In this document: positions 16,097 to 25,010 of the stretch, in pieces
How positions within the stretch are numbered: the first letter of the stretch is position 1
Layout: every line of letters starts with the position of its first letter
IMG/VR virus record: IMGVR_UViG_3300014874_000001
Location: 1-64,000 of that record
From: a virus
DNA: 64,000 bases
Strand: one strand, 5' to 3'
The notes under the pieces: generated by a model
Seen by the model: only the letters and a program-made list of their open reading frames with translations
What the model was told of the DNA's origin: nothing
Databases searched by the model: none
Position numbers and translations under genes: made by a program

Positions 16097-16449
16097 GAAT
16101 CTGCACATTTCTAGATCCCCGCCAGAAGGAACGTTGTACCGAGTGCGGAATCACAATCGACCTGTGTCAGTGTCGAGACGTGAATCAGTCCGCCTACGAA
16201 CGAACACAGACACCAGAGGGTGAGTTCCTCCGCGCGATTGAAGCGGAGACCGTTCACTTCGAGAGAACCACGCACCGATTCGAGAGTCTCGTCAAGCTCG
16301 TCGGTGAGCTCGGAGTCAAGCTCGTTAGCAACGCGGACACCGGTTCCCCGGCTCCGTCCGATATCTACCAAACCCTCGCCAAGATCGGTGCCGTGACTGT
16401 GAAACTCGGCTCCGGAGGTACCGACGAGTACCCCTATATCCCTGAATGA
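16093..16449 (+). CDS. Hypothetical protein with N-terminal Cys cluster (CTECG...CQC)
   Basis: Track ORF. ATGA overlap. Confidence 0.55.
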   Translation: MRICTFLDPRQKERCTECGITIDLCQCRDVNQSAYERTQTPEGEFLRAIEAETVHFERTTHRFESLVKLVGELGVKLVSNADTGSPAPSDIYQTLAKIGAVTVKLGSGGTDEYPYIPE

Positions 16450-16454
16450 TGCCG

Positions 16455-16521
16455 TGAATTTAGTGTAATTCGTGTTTTCAGAACGTCGTATAATTCTAAG
16501 TACGGCGCGGATTCCCCGCGC
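16455..16521 (+). promoter_or_regulatory. Candidate promoter: TGAAT-N29-TATAAT followed by a 6-bp GC leader hairpin
   Basis: TGAAT 16455-16459, TATAAT 16489-16494, hairpin gcgcgg/ccgcgc 16505-16521, then AAGGAGA and ATG 16544. Confidence 0.5.
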
Positions 16522-16543
16522 TCGGGGTGAAAGGAGACTTGCA

Positions 16544-16711
16544 ATGTCCAAAGAAGAGAAAGAGGTAGTCAGAAGACTCAAGAAGATGCGGAAGCATACG
16601 GCCGCGCTTCGCGAGCTACCGGCGACGGGGCCAGAGAAAAAGGTCATCGACGAGATCGATGATCGGATTCTCAAGCTCCAAGCTACGAGGGCAGTGGCGG
16701 TGAACGGATGA
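16544..16711 (+). CDS. Hypothetical small protein (55 aa)
   Basis: ATG 16544 after AAGGAGA. In frame with track ORF 16472..16711. Confidence 0.55.
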   Translation: MSKEEKEVVRRLKKMRKHTAALRELPATGPEKKVIDEIDDRILKLQATRAVAVNG

Positions 16712-16727
16712 GAGCCCCGTGGAAAAC

Positions 16728-17267
16728 ATGGGGGTCCGTTTCATTCCTACGGACCGGACGATCCGCCAAGGAGGAGCGGTCGTCTGGAGTGGCAATAAGC
16801 CGTCGCTCTGCTTTCGAGGAGACAAGCTCGCCCACTGCGTCGTAATCCTTGAGACTGAGATCGGAACGATCGACCTACCCCTGGAGGTGGTAGAGAGCTG
16901 TCGTCCGGTATCTCATCCGTTCGGACCGGGCACGCCGTACCCGCCTGAGCAGTTCATAAAACGGATCATGGAGATCGGGAAGCCCCTCTCACTAGAGGCC
17001 CGGTCTTTATTGCAATCCGCGAACGGCAAGAAGAAGCCCCTGCCCCCGAACAAGAAGAAGATCGAGGTCAAGGCTTCGCTGTTCAGTCCACCGAAGGCTC
17101 CTCTTAAGACTGCCGGGGCCGAGCTAATCATTGGATTAGCTGCGGAGTGGAAGCTACCTAGCCCCAAGCTCCGTCGGTTCCTCCGTTCACAGGGTCTCCA
17201 CGCTCCCTACCAGGACGAGAAGGCTCTGCGAAAGGTCCTCAAGAAACTGAAGAAAGGAAAACCATGA
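16728..17267 (+). CDS. Hypothetical protein; the C-terminus weakly resembles the Lys-rich family module
   Basis: Track ORF 16719..17267 (GTG 16719 or ATG 16728). C-terminus AELIIGLAAEWKLPSPKLRRFLRSQGLHAPYQDEKALRKVLKKLKKGKP. Confidence 0.55.
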   Translation: MGVRFIPTDRTIRQGGAVVWSGNKPSLCFRGDKLAHCVVILETEIGTIDLPLEVVESCRPVSHPFGPGTPYPPEQFIKRIMEIGKPLSLEARSLLQSANGKKKPLPPNKKKIEVKASLFSPPKAPLKTAGAELIIGLAAEWKLPSPKLRRFLRSQGLHAPYQDEKALRKVLKKLKKGKP

Positions 17268-17656
17268 GAAAGAGGAGATCGAAACGGGTTGGAAGATGCC
17301 GACTCTGTGGAGACTCGGGCGAGCTTACGCAAGGGCTCGACTCGAAGTGCTACAGTAGCACTCGAAACTGGTCGGCTAACAAGACCGAAGCGGAAAGAGA
17401 TAAGTACCAAGCCAAGCTCCGACTCCGGCTCGTACGGATGAAAGCGCTTGACGATGGTACGGTTAAGTTCAACCACATCGGAGAGACTGCAAATGATAAA
17501 GTTCGTCGCATTCATCGGGGGCATCGACCTGGAGCGAAAGCTCGAACTCCTGCTAGACGCAGCGAAGGTAGCAGGAGTTCCTATGGAGCTGGGCGTCGTA
17601 CCGCTTCCCGTAAAACCCTTACGGCGGAAGTACCCGCGAAAAGGACGATCAACTAA
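17264..17656 (+). CDS. Hypothetical Cys-containing basic protein; the 3' third overprints the next gene
   Basis: MRKRRSKRVGRCRLCGDSGELTQGLDSKCY. The coding-like signal ends near 17493. Confidence 0.45.
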   Translation: MRKRRSKRVGRCRLCGDSGELTQGLDSKCYSSTRNWSANKTEAERDKYQAKLRLRLVRMKALDDGTVKFNHIGETANDKVRRIHRGHRPGAKARTPARRSEGSRSSYGAGRRTASRKTLTAEVPAKRTIN

Positions 17657-17888
17657 GGCTGGAAAGAAGAAGAGGTATCCAGGGAAACTGGCCGTGCGTA
17701 TCGGCCCGGTTCCGGCGAGTGTCCCGCCGAAGACTCTGGAAGTCTATAACGTCCTGAAGAGGGAGTATGGGACACGGGTCTTCGAGAAGAGGCTGGCGAA
17801 AGGAGTAGTCATCGCATCCGGAATGAAGAGCGGGGCGACGGGACATATCACGAGACTCATGGATCATCAGGGACTGGTCCCAGCATAG
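17493..17888 (+). CDS. Hypothetical protein, possible winged-helix C-terminus
   Basis: ATG 17493 after GGAGAG. High GC3. C-terminus ...GATGHITRLMDHQGLV. Confidence 0.55.
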   Translation: MIKFVAFIGGIDLERKLELLLDAAKVAGVPMELGVVPLPVKPLRRKYPRKGRSTKAGKKKRYPGKLAVRIGPVPASVPPKTLEVYNVLKREYGTRVFEKRLAKGVVIASGMKSGATGHITRLMDHQGLVPA

Positions 17889-17914
17889 GGACCGATTGGG
17901 GAGGAAGTGATTGG

Positions 17915-17940
17915 GGCCGGGGAAACCCGGCCTCTTTTTT
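17915..17940 (+). terminator. Rho-independent terminator between the convergent blocks
   Basis: ggccggg (17915-17921), gaaa loop, cccggcc (17926-17932), then tctttttt. Confidence 0.8.
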
Positions 17941-17942
17941 GC

Positions 17943-18437
17943 CTAGAGACCTTGCTCCAGAGATCGGCGAGACGGTTTCTTCTTGGTAGAGACCTGCTTC
18001 CGTAGAGACTCCAACCGGTCCTTAGCCTCGTGGTATACGGTACCCGATAGAGCGAGCTGCGGATTGACGCCGCGTCCGGGCCTAGGGCGCAGGTTGGAGG
18101 GCCTACCCGCTACCCTATCCGGGGTCTTACCCGACAACGCTCCTCCCGGGCGCGTAGGCTTAGCGGCGAGGCCGCTCCCGGCGTAGGTTCCCGCCCCTAG
18201 CGCGCCGACCTTCGCCGTCTTACCTAGGGTGGAGCCCTTCCCGGGTCCGGGTAGAGCCTTCCCCGACAACGTAACCGGAGGACGGGATAGACCGCCCCTA
18301 GAATAGCCTCGATGGCGGGTGTCTGCCCGGTTGAATTCCTTGGCAACCGATAGCGGCGGCCCGTCGATCCGATCAGGCTTCCAGCCGTGTGCGACGGCGG
18401 CCATGAGTCGGGCCTGGGCTTTGGACTTACTCGGCAT
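17943..18437 (-). CDS. DUF3008-like protein (last gene of the late block)
   Basis: MPSKSKAQARLMAAVAHG N-terminus. Gly/Pro/Arg-rich remainder. Confidence 0.55.
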   Translation of the reverse strand: MPSKSKAQARLMAAVAHGWKPDRIDGPPLSVAKEFNRADTRHRGYSRGGLSRPPVTLSGKALPGPGKGSTLGKTAKVGALGAGTYAGSGLAAKPTRPGGALSGKTPDRVAGRPSNLRPRPGRGVNPQLALSGTVYHEAKDRLESLRKQVSTKKKPSRRSLEQGL

Positions 18438-21090
18438 CGTCGTCTCCGTAGTCACCGCGCTTCTCGCGTGACCGATTGATCATCTTCGCGGCGTCGGCGT
18501 TCTCGTCGTCTAGCTTGAGGTCGCGAACCTGATAAGCGTAGGAGTCATTGGCTGGAAAGATAGTATCCTCGATCTCCCGCATTCGATCGCGCTTGGAACG
18601 ACCTTCTTCTGTCTCATGCCAATTCGGATGCTCGACGGTATACTGCTCCAACTCGTGAAACTCGTCGCGAAGCTCGGGCGGCGCATCGATCCAGTTCTGA
18701 ATATGACCGTAAGGGCCATAGATCGATTCCATTCCATCGACGATCGCGTCCCAGGAGCCAATATCGAGTCCAGCTTGCTTGAAGGCTTCGTCTAGCTCTG
18801 GAGGAACTTTCTCGCTCATATAAGCTCGGGCAAATAACTCATCGGCGCGCGGGCCAAGGACATCGAGTAGCTTCTCGAAGCTTTTGGCTTCTTCCTCACC
18901 CTCGCCTTCACGCCAATCGCTACGGGCGTCGCGAATAGCCTCCTCGATCACGCTCCGAGCACCCAGTCGGGGAGGTTCAGCGAAGCTCATATCTCCATGC
19001 TCTGACCATTCTTTTTCATTAGGAAGAAGGCCCTTGGCCCGGGCGAAGTCTTGGAATTTACCCTCTAGATCCATCTCCTCGTTAAGCTTCTCCAGCGAGG
19101 CATCGACTACCTCCGGAGGTGTATTCGGATCGTGATAGCTCGGTCCCTCACTCATCCGACGATACCATCCACGTAGAGCCGCCGCAATCTCCTCACCGCC
19201 CTCAAGCTGGTCGAATCGATCAGCCTCGTGGAGAACGGCATCCTCGTTACTACCCTGAAAGACACTGCCCCAAGCGTCGGTGAGAAATGCCGCGAGCTTC
19301 GCAGGAGACAGCGAGACCTTCTTAATCGGGAACCCATGCTCGGGAACCATGGCTTCATCGAGCTTCGTCAGAGCTTCCAGGTCAGGGCCGAGAAGAGCCA
19401 TCGGGCTGATGTCGACCGGGCTCGCGAGCGAGACCATGCCCTTAAGCACGTCACGTCGAGAGACCGGCGTCTCCAGTAGCGACTCCTGTTCGGCTTTTGC
19501 CTGCTGTGCTCGATACGCCTTATCCACATCGTTGTCCGGCTGCAGGAGCCGGTCTTCAAGCGCCTTGCGAGTCCCGGGCGTAACCGGGTTCAGCGACTCA
19601 ACGAAAGCCTGGACCTTATCCTCCTGCGTCGGAACCAGCTCCTTTCCGGTCCCCTCGACATTCGGATTGTCGGACATGAGCCCTTCGACCATTTTCCGTA
19701 GTTCCATCAGCCCGGTCTTCGGCGGGACCTTACCACCCTTCGCATGCTTGACGGGATCTTCGCGGGGACCGAAGAAAGGTTCGTCGTTTCCCTTCGACAA
19801 CTCAAATTCATCGAACACATCGTCGATAGGCTTCCCGGTTTCCCGGGAGTGCTGTTCGAGACGCTTCATGATATGGTCGAAGACCCAACCCTGCGTGCGT
19901 GTGTCCGGCGCCTTCTTCAGCGTCGAATACAGGTTAATGGCCTCCTGTAAAAGATTCAGTTTAACTTTACCACCTTTCGCCATACCGTTCTCCGTCGCTT
20001 CGCCTTCCGCTATTTTACGACGGAGTTCTTCCAAGCGGGCACGCGCGGCGGAGATTTCTTCAGGGGTATACGAGGATATTTCCAGGTTAGGATCGGGCGC
20101 GGCGACATCACCGTTATCTCGAATCAAGTCTTCGAGCGTGGGCTCGGCGAACTGGTCGGTAAGAGTCCGAAGCGCTCCGCCGAACGCCGTCCCTGACAGG
20201 TAGTTGTACGCCGACGGCTCGATCATCGGACCGAAGAACTCAATACCAGCGCGGGGGATCGCCGACGCGGCTTGCCCGATCCGTCCGAGAACAGGACCGG
20301 CGACGTCACGAGCGTACTTGCCGGCCGCTGCGAACGGAGCCTTCAGCGCCTTGAACGATCCGGCCGGAACCGGCGGCTGCCCGGCCATCGTGCCGCCAGC
20401 TTCAACGAAGTACTCCAGAGGCTCATCGGCCTCGGAGTAACCCAGCCGTCTCTGGAGTTCATCCAGAACCTGCTCGGTTCGGGTGTTGGCGTCCTGAGAC
20501 CACTGCGGTCCACGACCGCCTCCCCATTGAGCGAACCAGTCCGGTAGCGCCAGAGTCTGGTCTACGATTCCAGGCCGGGGTGGCTCGGACTTGTCCTTCG
20601 TCGGATCGTGGAGAAACGGAAGCCGTACCTTTCCTTCATCGTCCACGCCGTACACGTTGGTGGCGGCCGATCCGATAAACCGCTTGGTATCTTCCTTAGC
20701 TGCCGAGCGCGCCGCCTGAATCTTCGGGTCCTCGACATCCCCAGGTAGCATGAACTCGTTCCACCAGTCTGCGAGGTTCCGCAGTCCGGCGAGCCCGGTC
20801 GGCCCTCCATCAGCAGCGCCGCCCTCGGCATAACCGCGCAGTTTACGAAGAGCAGGCTCGTTTTCACGCTCGACTTCCCGCCGAATCCGCGCTTTCAACT
20901 CCTCGACTTCTTCCATCGTCTTTTCATGTTCTCGGACGGCTTTCCTGTGTTCTTCGACCAGATAACCACCTGCGGCGCCAGCCCCCACGGTTCCTGTCCA
21001 CACCACAGCGTCACTCAGCCCATCTATCAGAGCTTCTTTAAGCTTCTGGAGTTTGACTCCAGACTTCGGAACTTTTCCGCCCTTGGCCAT
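18427..21090 (-). CDS. Large internal-virion-type protein (887 aa) with three AKGGKV modules
   Basis: ATG 21090 (MAKGGKVPKSG...) directly after the upstream stop. Coiled-coil and acidic regions. Position at the distal end of the structural operon. Confidence 0.6.
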   Translation of the reverse strand: MAKGGKVPKSGVKLQKLKEALIDGLSDAVVWTGTVGAGAAGGYLVEEHRKAVREHEKTMEEVEELKARIRREVERENEPALRKLRGYAEGGAADGGPTGLAGLRNLADWWNEFMLPGDVEDPKIQAARSAAKEDTKRFIGSAATNVYGVDDEGKVRLPFLHDPTKDKSEPPRPGIVDQTLALPDWFAQWGGGRGPQWSQDANTRTEQVLDELQRRLGYSEADEPLEYFVEAGGTMAGQPPVPAGSFKALKAPFAAAGKYARDVAGPVLGRIGQAASAIPRAGIEFFGPMIEPSAYNYLSGTAFGGALRTLTDQFAEPTLEDLIRDNGDVAAPDPNLEISSYTPEEISAARARLEELRRKIAEGEATENGMAKGGKVKLNLLQEAINLYSTLKKAPDTRTQGWVFDHIMKRLEQHSRETGKPIDDVFDEFELSKGNDEPFFGPREDPVKHAKGGKVPPKTGLMELRKMVEGLMSDNPNVEGTGKELVPTQEDKVQAFVESLNPVTPGTRKALEDRLLQPDNDVDKAYRAQQAKAEQESLLETPVSRRDVLKGMVSLASPVDISPMALLGPDLEALTKLDEAMVPEHGFPIKKVSLSPAKLAAFLTDAWGSVFQGSNEDAVLHEADRFDQLEGGEEIAAALRGWYRRMSEGPSYHDPNTPPEVVDASLEKLNEEMDLEGKFQDFARAKGLLPNEKEWSEHGDMSFAEPPRLGARSVIEEAIRDARSDWREGEGEEEAKSFEKLLDVLGPRADELFARAYMSEKVPPELDEAFKQAGLDIGSWDAIVDGMESIYGPYGHIQNWIDAPPELRDEFHELEQYTVEHPNWHETEEGRSKRDRMREIEDTIFPANDSYAYQVRDLKLDDENADAAKMINRSREKRGDYGDDDAE

Positions 21091-21091
21091 G

Positions 21092-23983
21092 TCACTGGTT
21101 CTCCTCTTCCCGGCCTTCTCGCTGACCGAGCCAGGTTCCGACTGCCGCGCCGATGCCGAGAGCCGCAGCACGCCGTGCGCCCTTCTGTGCTCCGAACTTC
21201 GCGAGCTTTGTCGCGGTACGAGAAAAGGAGTCCATCTCCGCGGGAGTTCCTGACTGGAGTAGTTTCAGAACCTGCTGAGCTTGTTTCTCGCTCATGTTCG
21301 GAAGGTCACGGTAGAGCCGGAGCGCCCAACCCATGGGCGAGATCGCGAACCGGAACCCACCCGCCCGCTTAGCGACATATTCCAGGGGTTCCTGTCGAGC
21401 GCGCTCTCCCTGCATCCGAGCCCGATCCGCGCGACCGAGAAGCTTGTTCCCCGTTCGGAATAGTTCGGCCTCACGTTCGAGCGCGGTCGTGAAGATCTTC
21501 TCCTGCCTCGGGTTGTCGAAGAAAGGCTTGAGCCGACTGAGTACATCCTCCGATCCGATAATCTTTTGCGCGGCGTTGAATCCTGGAGCCGTGGAGCGAC
21601 CCAGCGTCTCGTAAAGGTCCTGGGCAATACCCGTCCTAGCGGCATTCTTCTCGTGAAACGACATGGCCGAGGCCATCTCCTGGAGCTGCTCCGGTCGATA
21701 CTTCATAAAGTTCTTGCCCTTCTTCAACGCATCTTGGATTTCGAGATCGCCCGCATACTGATGACGGGCGGCCTTGTACCCTAGCGGCGCGAGCGAGTCC
21801 AGACGATCGGTATAGGTCTTGCGAAGCTCGCGGAGAACATCCACCATCTCGTTCGGAGCGTCCTCCTTGCTCTTGGCCTCCTCGCGTGAGATTGACCGAT
21901 CGAGCCCGCGACGAACGTAGTCATAGAACTCCAGTGAGGGCTTCCGGACCATTCCCGCGATGTCGGCCTTTCCGATCTTCTTTCCAGGGGTGTTCTGGTA
22001 GATCTGCATCGCGAAGTCGAGAGCCTTCTGTCCCTCGGGCGTCTGGATGATTTCAGTCAGGATGGGGTCCTCCTTGATGCCGGGGTACTTGTCGAAGACC
22101 GGCTGGAAGAGTTGACGACGAGCCTCGTTCGAGACGTTGTCTGTAAACTTCTCTGCTTGGTCGTGGTAGCGATCGGGCTTCATACCGGCGTTGATCCGAT
22201 CGTTCACCCGCTCCCGGCTACCCGAGACCCGATCACGAAGATCCTCTAGCGCCTGTGTTGCGTCCTTCCCACCATACTGGAATCCGCGCTCTGCGAGTAC
22301 CTGGACTCCGGGAGCGTCCACGTCCATAAGCTGCTGCGGAACGCCCGCGCGCCGTCCTCGCTTAACGTCTTCGGCTGCCTCGACCGGATCAATCCCTGCG
22401 CGAGTCATGGCGTCGCTCACTCGACGGTGAGCGGGGTTCTGCGCGACGGCCATACGCCGTGCGAGTCCCGCTAAGACTTCTTCAAGCCCGACTGTCAGCG
22501 CGCCCCCGCCGATGATATGAGGCGCTAGACCAAGGGCTTCCCATAGCTGCTCGATCCCGGTTGCAGCCGTGTTCTCGTCCTCGTCGTATGGCGCTCGGAC
22601 GATGATCTCATTGCTTGCGTCTACCGGCCCTCCAACCCCCGGAGAATCTACCGGCCCTCCCTTCTGGAAGGGGCGAACACGACCCCCCTTGGCCTGGAGC
22701 CGAGGAGTAGGCTGGCCTCGACCCGCCTCGAACTCTGCCTGCTCTTTCATAGCTTGCTCGATCTCGGCCATCTCCGCGTCATCTTTACCATAGATTCTTG
22801 TTCCGGTACCCAGAACCTTACGAGCAGCTGAGGATAGACCTTCGGCATCCTCCGCCGTGACCTCCTGTCCGGCGTTATCGATCTCGTCTGGGAGAACGAA
22901 ATCGTCAGTCTTGTAGGGTGCCGGCGCCTGGAATCCCCAGAGAGTTCCATTCTTGCCGTAATATGCAGCAAGAGCATTCTTACTCGCATAAGCCCGTTCG
23001 AGCTGCTTGATGAAGTAGTCGAGCCGACGAGCGTTCCGCCACTCTTCCAAGTTGGGATTGTAGAGCCGCTGGATCAGCCGCTCGCCTTCCTGTTGCGTGA
23101 ATTGCGAGCCTAGGATCGGACGCAGCGACTCTTGGACCGTCTGTTCGATTAGGTCTCGAACGTCTCCCCCCCTGGGGTTGGTAATGTCCTGGAGCCATCG
23201 ACCGATGAACGGGACGTTCGCGATAGTTCCGGACACCGGACCGGTATACGTATCCCGGCCAGAATGCAAAAGATCGGACGCAAAGTGAAGAACGCCGAGA
23301 CCTTGTGAGGCTTTCCCCTGTCCGTTCTGGATGTAGTCGAGATACTCCTTGGAGTACGCTCGATCGGTCGCCTGAGCAGCCTGTGGAATAATTCCCGCGA
23401 GGGGGCTCTTTCCGAGTGTCGGCTTCCCTAGATTCTTGAGAGCCTCCACTTCCATCCGACCCTGCTGCTGGCGTTCGAGCTGTTCGATCTGGAAGCGCAA
23501 GTTCGTGACGCCTTCGTCTGCTCCCGCCTCGGCTAGATCGAGTTCCGACAGCGCCGAGTCGCGCTCACGGTTGAACTTCCGACGTTCAGCTAGTGGGCCC
23601 CGGATCGCCTGAACGGCGTTCGACAGACTCTCGCCCATCGCCCCGGAGCGTGTGGGTTGACCGAGCGCGGCTGACGCGGCCAAGAGCAAGTCGCCCTTGT
23701 TGAAGTCCTGGGCGAGTAGCGTCTCACGAGCCTTCCGAAGCGCCGCTCGAACTTGCGCGGTCTGTGCCTCCTTGGCCTGAACTGCTTTCGACATCGGGTC
23801 CGGACCCTCGGCCAGGCCCTTGTCCAGGATACGCTTCGAGTAGTCCCGTGACTCCTCTGTGCTCGTCCCGCCGAACATGCTCATCATCATAAGCATACTC
23901 GGATCGAGGCCGCCTATCGCCCCAAGGCCGACATCCTCATCGTCGTCGGTGTTTAGACCGCCTTCCTGAAATCGCTTAACCAT
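21092..23983 (-). CDS. Large internal-virion-type protein (963 aa)
   Basis: Track ORF. N-terminus MVKRFQEGGLNTDD; internal LQAKGGRVRPFQKGGPV. Confidence 0.6.
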   Translation of the reverse strand: MVKRFQEGGLNTDDDEDVGLGAIGGLDPSMLMMMSMFGGTSTEESRDYSKRILDKGLAEGPDPMSKAVQAKEAQTAQVRAALRKARETLLAQDFNKGDLLLAASAALGQPTRSGAMGESLSNAVQAIRGPLAERRKFNRERDSALSELDLAEAGADEGVTNLRFQIEQLERQQQGRMEVEALKNLGKPTLGKSPLAGIIPQAAQATDRAYSKEYLDYIQNGQGKASQGLGVLHFASDLLHSGRDTYTGPVSGTIANVPFIGRWLQDITNPRGGDVRDLIEQTVQESLRPILGSQFTQQEGERLIQRLYNPNLEEWRNARRLDYFIKQLERAYASKNALAAYYGKNGTLWGFQAPAPYKTDDFVLPDEIDNAGQEVTAEDAEGLSSAARKVLGTGTRIYGKDDAEMAEIEQAMKEQAEFEAGRGQPTPRLQAKGGRVRPFQKGGPVDSPGVGGPVDASNEIIVRAPYDEDENTAATGIEQLWEALGLAPHIIGGGALTVGLEEVLAGLARRMAVAQNPAHRRVSDAMTRAGIDPVEAAEDVKRGRRAGVPQQLMDVDAPGVQVLAERGFQYGGKDATQALEDLRDRVSGSRERVNDRINAGMKPDRYHDQAEKFTDNVSNEARRQLFQPVFDKYPGIKEDPILTEIIQTPEGQKALDFAMQIYQNTPGKKIGKADIAGMVRKPSLEFYDYVRRGLDRSISREEAKSKEDAPNEMVDVLRELRKTYTDRLDSLAPLGYKAARHQYAGDLEIQDALKKGKNFMKYRPEQLQEMASAMSFHEKNAARTGIAQDLYETLGRSTAPGFNAAQKIIGSEDVLSRLKPFFDNPRQEKIFTTALEREAELFRTGNKLLGRADRARMQGERARQEPLEYVAKRAGGFRFAISPMGWALRLYRDLPNMSEKQAQQVLKLLQSGTPAEMDSFSRTATKLAKFGAQKGARRAAALGIGAAVGTWLGQREGREEENQ

Positions 23984-25010
23984 GTGCGTACCTCAAGGCG
24001 CCACCGCCTCGGTTGTATTGCCGACGGATACGACCGCCCTTGCGCTTCTTGTCTCCGAAGACTTCCATGATACCACCGACGCCCGAAGCCAACGAACCGA
24101 GCTGCGCGAGTGGCGACGGCTGGAAGATGTCTCCCGGTCCCGTCGAGGTCGTCGTGCCCGTCGTCTCGTGCGGCGTACCCCGGATGATATTCGAGAGCCA
24201 GTCCGCTTGCTGCATCGGGTAGTCTCGTTGGGCTTCGAAGTCCGACTTCGCGAGATCGAGCGAACGCTGAACGTCCTGTTGCTGTTGTGCTCCGATCGCA
24301 TTCTGAGCCTGGGCGTCTCGTAGCTGTGCGCTCTGTAGGTCCGTCGCGAGTGCGCCGCCGAGGGCTCCCTGACCGAGTTGGATCTGTGCAACGTTCGACC
24401 CCAGCTGCCCCATCCGCGAGGCGTCTGCGTTGAAAGCGTTCGCTCCTTGCTGGTACCCCTGCGAGAGCGCGCCGAGCGCCTGCTCGTGTAGACCTTCTGT
24501 GAGGTCCCGAACTCCCTGATCCACCGTTCGTCGCATGTTCGTCGATCGCGGCGAAGCCCCCGCCGCCCCGAACATCTGTTGAACGCCAGGCAGGAACTTC
24601 TCGTTCAGTTGCCTCTGTGCGAGAGTACCCGCTCGATCGATTACGTTCGAGACATACGGGTCCATGTACCGCGAGGCTTGATCGGGATACGTCTGAGCCG
24701 CCTGGTTGAAGTACGGCTGCGCGGTCGTAAGTGCGCCCTGGGCCGCTCCCTGCGCGGCTTGCATTCCAGGTAGATACGAGCCCGAGCTGCCCCGAGTAAT
24801 GTCGAAGGACTTGAGCTGATCCTCGTTCAGACCCGCAAGCCGAGGACCACTATAGGGCTGGTACTCCTCGCCCGCGATCGAATTCGCTCGGCCGATAAGT
24901 CCCTGCGTATAGTCGCTCAGCCACTTCGGCATGTCCGTCGTGGTCGAACCGTAGGTCGTGGTCGAGGGCGGGGGCTTTCCCTCGAACAGGAAATCTAGGA
25001 CGCCACTCAT
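23976..25010 (-). CDS. Gln/Ala-rich virion protein (344 aa)
   Basis: Track ORF. C-terminus KKRKGGRIRRQYNRGGGALRYAHG. Confidence 0.6.
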   Translation of the reverse strand: MSGVLDFLFEGKPPPSTTTYGSTTTDMPKWLSDYTQGLIGRANSIAGEEYQPYSGPRLAGLNEDQLKSFDITRGSSGSYLPGMQAAQGAAQGALTTAQPYFNQAAQTYPDQASRYMDPYVSNVIDRAGTLAQRQLNEKFLPGVQQMFGAAGASPRSTNMRRTVDQGVRDLTEGLHEQALGALSQGYQQGANAFNADASRMGQLGSNVAQIQLGQGALGGALATDLQSAQLRDAQAQNAIGAQQQQDVQRSLDLAKSDFEAQRDYPMQQADWLSNIIRGTPHETTGTTTSTGPGDIFQPSPLAQLGSLASGVGGIMEVFGDKKRKGGRIRRQYNRGGGALRYAHG

